Made by a program: the position numbers and the translations under genes. A stretch of DNA of 64,000 nt from IMG/VR virus record IMGVR_UViG_3300037418_002743, positions 41,276-105,275 of that record. One strand, written 5' to 3'. A model generated the notes under the pieces. It was not told the DNA's origin. It saw only the letters and a list, made by a program, of their open reading frames with translations, and ran no database searches. Positions 44,283 to 54,118 of the stretch are shown piece after piece (position 1 is the first letter of the stretch; every line of letters begins with the position of its first letter). The DNA is from a virus.

Positions 44283-45323
44283 TCAGCGCTCGTAGACGGT
44301 GAAGATGTGGAGCCCGCCGGGGGCTGCGACGACGAGGTCGAGCTCGTCCGCGCCGGACGGCGGAGCGATCTCCCAGCCGAGGCCGACGTACCGCTCCTGC
44401 AGGCCGGCGACGTTGATCCCCACCGGGTTGTGCGGGACGTTCGGGGTGCCGACGCCGCCGCCGGGCCGCACCCACCAGATGGCCTGCGAGATGAACCCGC
44501 CGGGCTGCGACCAGTGCAGCTTGACGACGCACCGGCCGCCCCAGCCGTTGATCGGGTCGAAGCCGAAGGAGAGCCGCTGGGTGGGCCAGGCGCTCTTGGG
44601 CGCCTTCGGGTCGGCCGGGGCCGGGGTCTGAACGAAGATCGAGGGCATCGAGTCCTCCTCCCCGCGGGCGGGGTCGGACGGTGCCGGCCCGGGAAGCGGG
44701 GCGGCGGAGTGGAAGAGCGCGAGGAGCTGCTCACGGGTGCCGCGGAACGCGGAGGCGTCGCAGGTGTGACCGGCGACGTGCGCGGAGGCGGAGAACTGCA
44801 GCAGCCCGACGTCCGCGCCGCCGTAGCCGTCCCAGTCGCGGAGGATCACCGCGCCGTACTGGGCCGCCGCGGTGGTCTGCCGGGTCGACGGGTACCGCGA
44901 CGACCAGAGCGGGAGCCCGGTCGGCGCGATGTCCGGGGATCCCTCGGTCGCCCAGTACCAGTGCGGGAGGTATCCGAGGACGACGCGGATCCCGGCCGCG
45001 CGGAAGGCGGCGAGGACCCGGATGTAGTTCGCCCAGTCCCCTCCGCCGTTCTCCCAGTCGAGGGCAACGGGGAGCGTCGGGTCCCCGAGCGCGGCGAGGC
45101 AGTTCGCGGCCTGCGCGGCGGCCGGGGACGTGTCGACGAAGTGATACCCGGCGACGATCATGCCGGCGTTCCGCGCTCCGTCGCGCTGCGCCGCCCAGCA
45201 CGGGGACCGGTAGGTCGAGCCCTGGGAGACCTTCCCGATCACGAAGTCGAAGCCCTCGGCGGCGACCCGGGCCATGTTGATCCCGGCCTGGTAGTGGGAG
45301 ACGTCGATACCGAAGATCGTCAC
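44283..45323 (-). CDS. GH25 lysozyme endolysin
   Basis: FGIDVSHYQ...K.SQG...GYHF...ALDWE...LLQFS. Confidence 0.9.
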   Translation of the reverse strand: MTIFGIDVSHYQAGINMARVAAEGFDFVIGKVSQGSTYRSPCWAAQRDGARNAGMIVAGYHFVDTSPAAAQAANCLAALGDPTLPVALDWENGGGDWANYIRVLAAFRAAGIRVVLGYLPHWYWATEGSPDIAPTGLPLWSSRYPSTRQTTAAAQYGAVILRDWDGYGGADVGLLQFSASAHVAGHTCDASAFRGTREQLLALFHSAAPLPGPAPSDPARGEEDSMPSIFVQTPAPADPKAPKSAWPTQRLSFGFDPINGWGGRCVVKLHWSQPGGFISQAIWWVRPGGGVGTPNVPHNPVGINVAGLQERYVGLGWEIAPPSGADELDLVVAAPGGLHIFTVYER

Positions 45324-45336
45324 GGGGGACCTCCGA

Positions 45337-46512
45337 TCACCGGCACTGCTCGACGTTGAAGCGGCAGCGCACGTCGTCCTGGTCCACCGGGGTGCTGTGG
45401 TCGGAGTCGGCGTCGTGGTAGCCCTGCACCTGGATCACGTCGCCCGCCTGCAGCTGCACGGTGACCGGGATCGAGGACACGCAGTTCCAGCCACCGACGA
45501 TCGCGCCCTGGTAGCAGACGGAGCCGACGATCGGGGAGCCGTTGAGCAGGAGCCGCACCCCGACGCCCTGGACGCACCCGGACAGGCCGGGGAGCGCGAG
45601 CCCACCGGTGATCCGGTAGTTCCCGGTGCGGCGACAGCGGAAGATCGACCGGTCGAAGCGGTCACGGCCGGAGTCCGTGTCGATCGAGACGGTGTCGAAG
45701 GTCAGCGTGACCCACGTGCCGCGGACGATGATCTGCGTGACCGACTGGAATGCCGTGAACTGGGAGAGCTTGATCAGTCCGGACCAGGTGCCGGGCGTGC
45801 CGCCCTGCACACACACCCAGATGCCGCCGGTCTGGTCGATCACGAAGTCGCCGACGTAGTAGGTGCCCTGGGTGGGCGGGCCCGACGTCGTGCCGCCGAC
45901 GAACCGCGACGGCGCCGAGGCGCCGATCAGGAGCATCGGCTGCCCGATCGCGGGGGCGTGCGCGGAGCGCCAGTAGCCGGGCGACCCGGACTGGAAGCAC
46001 ACCCAGATCTCGCCGGTCTGGTCGATCACGAAGTCGCCGGCCTGGAAGGTGCCGGAGGCCGGGGAGCCGGCGACCGTGCCGCCGACGAAGCGGGCGCCCG
46101 CGGTCGCCCCGGGCAGCGCTGCCGGGGTGCCGGCGACGTTCGCCCACTGCACGCCGTTGGGGGTGCCGGAGAGGGCCTGCAGGACCTGCCCGTCGGAGCC
46201 GACCGGGAGCCGCGCGAGCTGCCCGGCGCCGGAGCCGATGAGCAGGTCTCCCTTGGCCTGCGCGATCGAGGCAGGGGTGACGTTGAGCTGGATCCACCCG
46301 GAGCCGTAGTCGTAGTAGACCGCGCCGGAGTCGGTCGAGTAGTAGATCCGGCCGTGCTGCCCGGCCGCGGGCCGCGCGCCCGCGGTGCCCTCCGAGTACG
46401 TCATCGCGATCCCGTCGAGGGCGTTCGCGAGGCGCTGGATGTCCGCCGGGACGTTCGTCGGGTCGGATCCGACCGGGTAGGGGAGCGCCAGGCGGCTCGT
46501 GCTGCTACCCAC
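45337..46512 (-). CDS. Tail fibre / receptor-binding protein with C1q/TNF-like C-terminus
   Basis: Two RFVGGT...GDFVIDQTG.IWVC..G.PG.W repeats; LTFDT...GNY.I...VQLQAGDVIQVQGY. Confidence 0.75.
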   Translation of the reverse strand: MGSSTSRLALPYPVGSDPTNVPADIQRLANALDGIAMTYSEGTAGARPAAGQHGRIYYSTDSGAVYYDYGSGWIQLNVTPASIAQAKGDLLIGSGAGQLARLPVGSDGQVLQALSGTPNGVQWANVAGTPAALPGATAGARFVGGTVAGSPASGTFQAGDFVIDQTGEIWVCFQSGSPGYWRSAHAPAIGQPMLLIGASAPSRFVGGTTSGPPTQGTYYVGDFVIDQTGGIWVCVQGGTPGTWSGLIKLSQFTAFQSVTQIIVRGTWVTLTFDTVSIDTDSGRDRFDRSIFRCRRTGNYRITGGLALPGLSGCVQGVGVRLLLNGSPIVGSVCYQGAIVGGWNCVSSIPVTVQLQAGDVIQVQGYHDADSDHSTPVDQDDVRCRFNVEQCR

Positions 46513-46596
46513 GTGTGCTTCCTCCTCAGGGGTGCCCGCACGGCAGCGCGCCCCCGTGACGGATCACGAGGGCGCGCTGGCGGGAAGGGGTTGGGG

Positions 46597-49014
46597 TCAG
46601 CCGGAGAGCGACTGGATCTCGATGCCGATCATCGAGGCCTTCTGCCCGGTCGGGGACGACAGGCCGAAGGTGTAGGTGCCGGGCGTCGACGCGGGCTGGT
46701 AGGCGTACCAGCCGGTGTAGCCGGACACGTACTGGTGGCCCGCCTCGACGGTGCCGGTGCCGCGGTAGTTCGGCGTGCCCTGCTTGGTATTCCAGTCCGA
46801 GGCGCACCAGGCGATGACGGACGCGCCGCCCTCGGTCGTGATCGACTGCGAGACGCTGGTGTTGCTCTGGCTGTACCCGAGGGCCGGGGTGGCGTCGAGC
46901 TGGGCGTTCGCCCAGCGCATCACTCCGATGCCGTGGGAGGCGCCGGAGCCGCCGAAGGTCACCGAGACCGTCATCGAGGCGGGCGGGGTGTTCGGCACGA
47001 CGGCCGTCCACATCCGGACCGGGTCGTTGAACGAGGCGGTGAGGCTCACCCGCGAGTTCCAGGTGAGCCCGCCGCCGGAGACGCCGGTGACCTGGCAGGG
47101 CGAGTCTCCGGAGGTGCCCCACACGACGAGGACCTCCCCGGCGGCCGGGGAGAACGAGGTCGTGGTGATCGTCGAGAGGTCGGAGTTGTTGGTGAAGGGG
47201 TCGTAGAAGCCGACGAGCTGCGGCAGCGAGTGCACCACCGCGGTCCCGCCCAGAGAGCCGGCCCCGGCGAGGGTCGCGACCTCGTACATGGAGTTGTCCG
47301 GGGAGCCGGAGAGCGCGCCGGCCCCGGCGAGCTGCGCGGAGTGCACCACCGCCGAGTAGCTGAGCGCGCCCTGCAGGGAGCCCGCGCCGAGCATCGCCGT
47401 GGGCCCGTACTTCGTGAGCGTGCCGGCGAGGGCGCCGGCACCGGAGAGCAGCGCCGAGGACCAGGACGCGAAGGCGCCGGAGAGCGCGCCGGCGCCGCGG
47501 AGGAGAGCCGAGCTCCAGGAGGCGAAGGCCCCGGAGAGCGCGCCGGAACCGATGAGGGTCGCGTTGCCCTGCAGGATGACGTTCGCGATCAGCCCGGCGG
47601 GCTTCGCGGCGAGCACCGCGGCCTTGACCTGTGCGAGCGACACCGACAGCGCCTGATAGGTGCCGTACTGGCTGGCGAAGCTCGAGTAGCTCGGGAACGA
47701 GACCGCGACATCCGCGTAGGTCCGCGCGCTCACCTGGTTGTCGAAGACCCGGACGGTGATCGTGTAGGCGTCGCCGTCCCGCTCGGTGATCGTCGCGGTC
47801 TGGCCCACCTTGAGGTACTTGTTCGCGGCCGCCTGGATCGCGGCGAGGGTGCCGCGGGCGAACCCGCCTTCCCCGGTGAGCTGGGCACGCTGCTGGGCGT
47901 CGGGGAGCCCGGGGTCGACGGGGACACCGACGAACTGCCCGAGCCAGGGCAGGACGTACGTCGGGGCGCGCGTCGGGTCGAGGACCTGGGACCAGCCGGG
48001 GTCACCGGCCGGGGAGTCCCGACACAGGTCATCGAGGGTCTGGAGCATCTGCCCGGCCGCGGCGTCGACGTACGTGCGGAGCGGGTAGCCCGCCGCGTCG
48101 TCGCCGGCGTTGATCGGCCACAGCTCGTTGTAGAGCGTGAGCCCGGCCTTCGTCGGCGGCTGGGGCTGGAACGGAGGCGGCGGGGGCGGCGCCTCCGTGG
48201 CAGGCGCGGGCGGGGTCCCGGCGCCCGGGTAGCCGAGCATCGTGCCGGAGCCCTGCAGGGAGATCGAGGGCGGGGCGGCCGACTTGAGCACCGCGGACCC
48301 GGACAGGGAGCCGGAGCCCTGCAGGGTCGCGGCGGCGAGGGTCGTGACGGTCTTCGAGCCGCCGGTGTCGTCGGTGGTCGTGGTGACCACGGCGACGAGG
48401 ACCGCGATCGCGTACGAGGTCGACGGGAAGTTGAGCCGCGCGGTGGGCTGCAGAGTGTCCGACGTGTTCGTGTCGAACAGCGTCATGTCGTACGCGGCGT
48501 TGGTCACGTACGTGACGCCGGGGGTCGGGTTGCTCGGCGCGGAGGCGTCGCCGGTGCCGAGGCCATGCCCGAAGTACAGCTCGCCGTCGATCTGCGGAGA
48601 GAGCGACGGGAAGGTCAGCGTCGAGCTGAACGACGTGGTCGTGATGCCGGCCCAGTCGTCGAGCTGCCAGGCCGTCGCGGAGCCGAGGCCGGCGGTGAAC
48701 TCCTGGGCGTCGAGCTCGACGTAGGTGCCGGAGACGGAGGAGTCGAAGGTGACGACGATCGTGTCGGAGCCGATGCTCGACACCGCGGCGCCCCAGATCT
48801 CCAGGTTGTCGTGATGCCCGACCGGGTTGAACGGTCCGGCGAGGCGGAGCCAGCCGCCCGCGGCACGGTTGGAGGTCACGGCGGTGACCTGGGCCCCGTT
48901 GGTCGCCTGCACGGACAGCAGCACGAGGTTCCCGACCGCGTGCGTGGTGATCGAGCGGCGGGTGACCCCGTAGGCCGCGACGCTCTGCAGAGATCCGACC
49001 GCGCTGATACCCAC
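46597..49014 (-). CDS. Baseplate wedge (P2 gpI-like) protein with N- and C-terminal adhesin-like domains
   Basis: LDPTRAP..LPWLGQFVGV...RGTLAAI core after baseplate J. Confidence 0.75.
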   Translation of the reverse strand: MGISAVGSLQSVAAYGVTRRSITTHAVGNLVLLSVQATNGAQVTAVTSNRAAGGWLRLAGPFNPVGHHDNLEIWGAAVSSIGSDTIVVTFDSSVSGTYVELDAQEFTAGLGSATAWQLDDWAGITTTSFSSTLTFPSLSPQIDGELYFGHGLGTGDASAPSNPTPGVTYVTNAAYDMTLFDTNTSDTLQPTARLNFPSTSYAIAVLVAVVTTTTDDTGGSKTVTTLAAATLQGSGSLSGSAVLKSAAPPSISLQGSGTMLGYPGAGTPPAPATEAPPPPPPFQPQPPTKAGLTLYNELWPINAGDDAAGYPLRTYVDAAAGQMLQTLDDLCRDSPAGDPGWSQVLDPTRAPTYVLPWLGQFVGVPVDPGLPDAQQRAQLTGEGGFARGTLAAIQAAANKYLKVGQTATITERDGDAYTITVRVFDNQVSARTYADVAVSFPSYSSFASQYGTYQALSVSLAQVKAAVLAAKPAGLIANVILQGNATLIGSGALSGAFASWSSALLRGAGALSGAFASWSSALLSGAGALAGTLTKYGPTAMLGAGSLQGALSYSAVVHSAQLAGAGALSGSPDNSMYEVATLAGAGSLGGTAVVHSLPQLVGFYDPFTNNSDLSTITTTSFSPAAGEVLVVWGTSGDSPCQVTGVSGGGLTWNSRVSLTASFNDPVRMWTAVVPNTPPASMTVSVTFGGSGASHGIGVMRWANAQLDATPALGYSQSNTSVSQSITTEGGASVIAWCASDWNTKQGTPNYRGTGTVEAGHQYVSGYTGWYAYQPASTPGTYTFGLSSPTGQKASMIGIEIQSLSG

Positions 49015-49070
49015 GCGCGCCCCACCTCGCCCTCAGGTTGCTGGTGTGGAGGGGCGCGCGCCCCGCGTAC

Positions 49071-50246
49071 TCAGGTGACGGTGATCGTGATCGAGCCGGG
49101 CTGGGTGAGCGGGAAGGCCCCGGTGAGGTTGCCGTCCGCGGCCGCCATCGCGCCCGCATTCACCCCGATCTGGAGGTTCGACACGTACGAGACGTTCGGG
49201 ATGTTGTCGAGGATCCCGGCGATCGTCAGGTACCGGACGACGGTCTGGTTCGTCCAGGCCGGAGCGGGGCCGCCCCAGTTCGCCGGGGAGAGGTAGGACT
49301 GCAGCGCGGTCGTCGCGGCCGATGACACGGTCGCGGTGTTCGCCCCGCTCACCGCCTTGAGCGTCGCGGTGATGTTGACCGTGTTGTAGTTCGGCGCCGC
49401 GACCCCGACAACGAAGTTCGCCTCCCGCAGCGCCTGCAGGGAGGTGGCGATCGCGGACATCTGTCCGGAAGAGAGCGCCGCCCCGTTGGCGTCGACGACG
49501 GACACCCCGACGGTCCGGGAGTTCCCCGACGTGCCGTTGCTGGTGTTGTAGCCGTCGATCGCCGTCGCCCGGGCCACGCCGGACTGGTTGCGGGCGAGGA
49601 CCGCGAAGTCGTTCGGGAGGATCGGGCGCGGGCTCATCAGCTGGAGCTCGGCCGCGAGCCGGTCGAGGTACGCGCTCTGGCTCTCCGCGTCCGTGCCGCC
49701 GGCGGAGGTCGTGGTGGACACGACGGAGGCGACGAAGGACAGGTTGCTCACCAGGGACAGCGCGCGCGGGGCGAGCCCGTTCGCGTCCGCCCCGGCGGTG
49801 ATCGCGGTCAGGACGACCGCGCCGGTGCCCGTCGCGTTCGACCCGGCCGGGACGGTGATGTCCGCGGTGGTCTGGAACAGGACGTTCGTCGTCGACGCGG
49901 CCGGGTAGGACACGACCGTGCCCGCCGGGATGAGGTGCCCCTGCGTGTCGGTGAGCGTGAAGGTCGCGTTCATCGAGGCCGCGGATCCGGTGAGCGGCGG
50001 CAGGTTCATCAGCTGTGAGCCGTAGTACTGGAAGATCGAGAGCGGGACCTGCGCGGCCACCTGCGCGGTCTCCGCGCACATCCGGGCGAAGGCCCGGATC
50101 ATCCACACCTCGAGGTGGCCCTCTCGGGCGACCCAGCCGGGCTGCTGCTGCGCGAGGTAGGTGAGCGCGTTGGTCGCCAGAGTGTCGGCGTCCGTCGTGA
50201 CCGGCAGGGCGATGTAGCCGGCGGACCCGGAAACGGGGCTGGTCAC
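49071..50246 (-). CDS. Baseplate J/gp47 family protein
   Basis: IPAGT...F.T...G..AN...GGTDAES..YL.R. Confidence 0.88.
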   Translation of the reverse strand: MTSPVSGSAGYIALPVTTDADTLATNALTYLAQQQPGWVAREGHLEVWMIRAFARMCAETAQVAAQVPLSIFQYYGSQLMNLPPLTGSAASMNATFTLTDTQGHLIPAGTVVSYPAASTTNVLFQTTADITVPAGSNATGTGAVVLTAITAGADANGLAPRALSLVSNLSFVASVVSTTTSAGGTDAESQSAYLDRLAAELQLMSPRPILPNDFAVLARNQSGVARATAIDGYNTSNGTSGNSRTVGVSVVDANGAALSSGQMSAIATSLQALREANFVVGVAAPNYNTVNITATLKAVSGANTATVSSAATTALQSYLSPANWGGPAPAWTNQTVVRYLTIAGILDNIPNVSYVSNLQIGVNAGAMAAADGNLTGAFPLTQPGSITITVT

Positions 50247-50557
50247 GGGCGCACCTCGTCAGGGATCTTGGCGATGATCTGGGCGGAGCCGTCCGGGTTG
50301 ACGGTCACCGTGAGCCGGGTCCCGTTCGCCCGCGTCTCCCACTTGGCGAGGGCCTGGGTGATGTCGGCGACCGCCCGGGACTCGCTGGAGAAGGTCGGGT
50401 CGGGGATCCCGTAGTCCATCTGCTCGATCCGCGTCCCGGTCGGCGTGGAGAGCAGGACCTGCACGCACTGCGAGATCTCCGCGACGGAGTCCTGCGGGAC
50501 GGTGGCGGCCGACCCGGTCGGGTCATAGCGGAACGGGATCGCGAAGTGCTCGGGCAT
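50243..50557 (-). CDS. Baseplate gp25/GPW-like protein
   Basis: LLSTPTGTRI..DYG...L.KWE.R. Confidence 0.8.
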   Translation of the reverse strand: MPEHFAIPFRYDPTGSAATVPQDSVAEISQCVQVLLSTPTGTRIEQMDYGIPDPTFSSESRAVADITQALAKWETRANGTRLTVTVNPDGSAQIIAKIPDEVRP

Positions 50558-50569
50558 GAGTCCCTCCGG

Positions 50570-50950
50570 TCAGTGGCCGTGGCCGTGGCCGAAACCGACC
50601 GGGGTCGTGCCGTCAACCGGAGCCGGGAACGGGATCTCGATGCCCAGCCGCGGCTGCGGCTTGAGCTCGTCCGGGGTGGTGCCGAGGCGGCTGGCGAGCT
50701 GGGCGTGTGCGTCGTCGTATCCGTACCCGGGGGTGTCGAGGACGATCCACACGCTCCCGCAGCGACCACAGAGGATGTGCGGCATCTGCGAGGTGTCCCG
50801 AGCGCGGAGGACGTTGGTGTGCCGCCCGTCCGCGGGGTTCATCTGGTTCGTCCCGCTGACGACGTTCGACATGTCGAACATGTGCCCCTGCTGCTCGCAC
50901 GCCTCCCCGAGGACAGCACGACGCATCTCGTCGGTGATCTCGATCGGCAT
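50570..50950 (-). CDS. Hypothetical Zn-binding protein
   Basis: CEQQGH...LCGRCG. Confidence 0.6.
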   Translation of the reverse strand: MPIEITDEMRRAVLGEACEQQGHMFDMSNVVSGTNQMNPADGRHTNVLRARDTSQMPHILCGRCGSVWIVLDTPGYGYDDAHAQLASRLGTTPDELKPQPRLGIEIPFPAPVDGTTPVGFGHGHGH

Positions 50951-50958
50951 GAGTCCCC

Positions 50959-52317
50959 CTATGTCCAGATCAAGTAGTTGACCCCGATCGAGGCCTGGCG
51001 GTTGTCAAAGCCGGACCCGGAGCCCACGGAGTTCTCGTGGATGCCGTGGTTGTGCCCGCCGTTCCAGTTCATGTTGTGGTTGTGGTCGCCGGCTGCGTCC
51101 TGGCCGTACGGCAGCCCGGAGCCGGTCGGGATCGTGCCCGAGAAGTTGTGACCACCGTGAGAGCCGCCGAAGGCGATGAAGTGGTCGTGGTCGCCGACCC
51201 CGTCGATCGTCACGCCGTGGCTGTGTGCCGGCATGTTCGCCGTCGTCAGGATCCGGGTGTCCGCGCCGACGAGCGCACCGACCGCCTCACCGGTGGCGGC
51301 GACACCGCGCGGGACGCGGCCGCGGAAGTCCGGGAGCCCGAAGGTCGTCGTGCCGTCCCCGTTGGTGAACAGTCCGGTGACGACGAGGCTGTTGGACTGG
51401 ACCCACGCCCAGAGGCCGGCGTAGGTGGTGCGGGAGACCGTAGCCCCGTTCAGGAGCAGGGTGTTCGGCTTCGCGGTCGTCCGGATCGTCATCTCGAGGT
51501 CGCCGGTGGGCTTGCGGTTCGGCGGCGTCCACGTCCCGGGGGAGCCGGCGACGGTGCAGATCCACAGCACCCCGGACTGGTCGACGACGTAGTCGCCGAC
51601 GACGAACGCGCCCGTGGTCGGCGGCCCGGCCGTGGTCGCCCCCACGTACCGCGACGCGGCGGTGGCGCCGGTGAGACCGGCCCCCATGTAGTTGGCCCGC
51701 CAGGTGCCCGGGGAGCCGCCGACGGTGCACACCCAGGTCGCGCCGGTGCGGTCGACGACGAAGTCCCCGACGGCAAAGGTTCCCGCCGTTGGAGCGCCGG
51801 AGGTGGTGCCGCCGACGTAGCGGGTCGCCCCGGTCGCCCCCGTGAGCCCCGCGCCCCAGTAGTTCGCCTCCCAGGTACCCGGGGAGCCGGCGACGGAGCA
51901 CACCCAGGTGGCGCCCGTGCTGGAGTCGACGCAGAAGTCTCCGGCGGCGTAGGTGCCCGACGTGGGCGCACCCCCGGTGGTGCCGCCGACGAACCGGGCC
52001 GGCGTCGTCGTCCCGGTCGTGCCGGTCGCCCCGAAGAGCGTGCCCGGCTGGTCCTGCCAGGCGACAATCCACGGCTGGGTGAGGTCCGTGCCGACGAACT
52101 CGACCAGGCACGGCGTCCCGGGCGGCGGGTAGCCGGTGCCAGGCCAGGAGTACTTCGCCGGGCCAAAGGCCCAGTCCGGGTGGAAGTCCGGGATCTTCAC
52201 CCGCACCCCGGAGGAGTCCGCCGAGATCACGATCGCGGCCTGTGCACCGGGCATCGCGTCGGTGGCGTCCTGCTGCTTGTTGATCGCGTAGCCGAGATCC
52301 TTGGACACGTCACCCAC
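50959..52317 (-). CDS. Baseplate spike-like N-terminus fused to fibre repeats and tail-collar/His-rich tip
   Basis: PPPGTPCLVEFVG..PWI; three RFVGGT repeats; LNGATVSRTTY...FGLPDFRGR collar; HxH motifs. Confidence 0.75.
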   Translation of the reverse strand: MGDVSKDLGYAINKQQDATDAMPGAQAAIVISADSSGVRVKIPDFHPDWAFGPAKYSWPGTGYPPPGTPCLVEFVGTDLTQPWIVAWQDQPGTLFGATGTTGTTTPARFVGGTTGGAPTSGTYAAGDFCVDSSTGATWVCSVAGSPGTWEANYWGAGLTGATGATRYVGGTTSGAPTAGTFAVGDFVVDRTGATWVCTVGGSPGTWRANYMGAGLTGATAASRYVGATTAGPPTTGAFVVGDYVVDQSGVLWICTVAGSPGTWTPPNRKPTGDLEMTIRTTAKPNTLLLNGATVSRTTYAGLWAWVQSNSLVVTGLFTNGDGTTTFGLPDFRGRVPRGVAATGEAVGALVGADTRILTTANMPAHSHGVTIDGVGDHDHFIAFGGSHGGHNFSGTIPTGSGLPYGQDAAGDHNHNMNWNGGHNHGIHENSVGSGSGFDNRQASIGVNYLIWT

Positions 52318-53239
52318 CGCTGCCTCCCGTCCCGCTCGAGGTGGACGAAGACGACCCGGAGGTGCTGGTGGTGTCCTGCTGCACCGGCTCCGGGAGCTCG
52401 GGCTGCGCCTGGATGAGCGTGACGCCGGTCGACTTGAGGAAGAGGCTGCGGCTGATCGCGGAGACCAGCCAGTCGCCCGTGGCGGCCGCGAGGTGCTGCA
52501 CCGCGACGTGAGCGCCGATCCCGGCGAGCCAGGTGTCGGAGTAGGTCGTGACCTTCGCCGTCGCGACCGGCTTGCCGACGTCGAAGTCGAAGTCGATCGT
52601 GTCGACCGCGTCGGTGTACTCCGCGATCTGCATCGCCGGGGCCTGCTTGAGCAGCCAGGAGTCCGGTCCGAACCACACGTTCACCCCGTCGGAGAAGCAC
52701 CGGTACTGCACGTCTCCGGCGATGCGGGTCAGGCAGGCCCAGGTGTCTTCGTCGGGGGTCTGGGAGGTGCCGCGGGTGAGCGGCACGGTCGCGGTGGGCT
52801 CCCCGGTCGCGACCTTCGCGGGCACCCCGGCGGCGCGGAGCAGCTGCGCGGCGAACTGCTCCCGGGTGATGACCCCGGCCGCGGCCGCGAGCTGCCCCTT
52901 CTGCTTGCGGAGCTTCGCGATCACGGAGTCCTCGTAGGTGACCGCGAGCATGTCGCCGCTCTTGGACACCTTCACCATCGTGAAGCGCCGCGGCGGGTTC
53001 GCGCCCGTGTCGATCGTCATCGCCTGGTTGAGCAGCGGCGACGAGAGCAGCTTGCGCTCCGGGTCGACGAAGGTCAGCTTGAGCGTGGACGCCTGGTCGA
53101 TCGCGAGGCTGATCTCGGCGTTGGAGAGCAGGTCGCCGGCGTACGAGGAGATCAGCTTCCCGTTGTCGGCGACGGTCATCATCTCGGCCCGGATGCCGTC
53201 GAGGGCCGGCGTGGTGGTCGCACCGAGCGGGGCGGTCAC
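52310..53239 (-). CDS. Baseplate hub (gp27/XkdQ-like)
   Basis: Position; EDTWACLTRIA...G.W.VSAISR. Confidence 0.7.
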   Translation of the reverse strand: MTAPLGATTTPALDGIRAEMMTVADNGKLISSYAGDLLSNAEISLAIDQASTLKLTFVDPERKLLSSPLLNQAMTIDTGANPPRRFTMVKVSKSGDMLAVTYEDSVIAKLRKQKGQLAAAAGVITREQFAAQLLRAAGVPAKVATGEPTATVPLTRGTSQTPDEDTWACLTRIAGDVQYRCFSDGVNVWFGPDSWLLKQAPAMQIAEYTDAVDTIDFDFDVGKPVATAKVTTYSDTWLAGIGAHVAVQHLAAATGDWLVSAISRSLFLKSTGVTLIQAQPELPEPVQQDTTSTSGSSSSTSSGTGGSGG

Positions 53240-54105
53240 GGCAGGAGGATCCGATCGTTCGGGTTCAGGCTGTTCGGGTCACGGAGCCCGTTGAGCGTCG
53301 CGATCAAGGACCACTTCCGGTAGTCGCCGAGCTCGCGGGCCGCGATGCGGGCGAGGGTGTCCCCGTCCCGCACGACGTAGGTCCGGGCCCCGACGAGCGT
53401 CGGGAGGATCTGGGCGAGCTGCGGGAGCGCGGAGTCGACCACGACCTGCGCGCCCGCGGCGTTGTTCGGGATGCTCGCGACGAAGGACGCCAGCTCCGAG
53501 GTGATCGACGAGGTGACGTCCGGAGAGGCGGAGGAGAGCAGGTTCGGCAGCTGCTCGAGGAGCGCGGCGAGCTGCGCGGGGATCTGCACGCCGGAGGCCC
53601 GGAGGATCCCGAGGATCGCCGCGGTCTGCGCGGCCAGCGTCGGGGAGCCCGGCACGGCCGTGGAGCCGGTGTACTCGATGAGCGTCAGGTCGAGGGCCTG
53701 CTGGATGAGCGCGCCGTCCCGCCGCCGGGTCTGGTCGTCCGACCAGTCGATCTGCTGCACCACCCAGCCGGTCACCCCGAACTGCGTGACGGGGCCGACG
53801 ATCGAGAGGATCGGCGGCTGGTGCGTCGCGGTCGTCGGGTGCCGCCAGGTCTCCACGAGGGTGACGGAGTAGTCGATCGACTGGTCCCCGTCGGCGCCGT
53901 CGAGGATGAGCGGGAGCTTCATCTGCACGAGCTGGTCCTGCGTGAACTCCAGGAACGGCTTGCGCTTCGGGCGCGTGACGGGCGACCAGGCGTAGCCGCC
54001 GGAGGCGTACTGGGAGACCTGCGCCGCCCCAGCCATCCCGAACCCCACGGAGGGGCCGGGCGGCTGGGACGGGGTGATCCACAGGTCGGGAGTGGGCACG
54101 TGCAT
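53236..54105 (-). CDS. Tail tube initiator with C-terminal LysM
   Basis: YVVRDGDTLARIAARELGD...W..IA.LN.L.DPN.L.P...L. Confidence 0.85.
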   Translation of the reverse strand: MHVPTPDLWITPSQPPGPSVGFGMAGAAQVSQYASGGYAWSPVTRPKRKPFLEFTQDQLVQMKLPLILDGADGDQSIDYSVTLVETWRHPTTATHQPPILSIVGPVTQFGVTGWVVQQIDWSDDQTRRRDGALIQQALDLTLIEYTGSTAVPGSPTLAAQTAAILGILRASGVQIPAQLAALLEQLPNLLSSASPDVTSSITSELASFVASIPNNAAGAQVVVDSALPQLAQILPTLVGARTYVVRDGDTLARIAARELGDYRKWSLIATLNGLRDPNSLNPNDRILLP

Positions 54106-54118
54106 CACCTCTCGTGCG

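Noticed and set aside
45337-52317. Diversity-generating retroelement TR/VR from the shared fibre repeats
   Set aside because: No reverse transcriptase seen; repeats are coding protein repeats without an adenine-specific difference pattern
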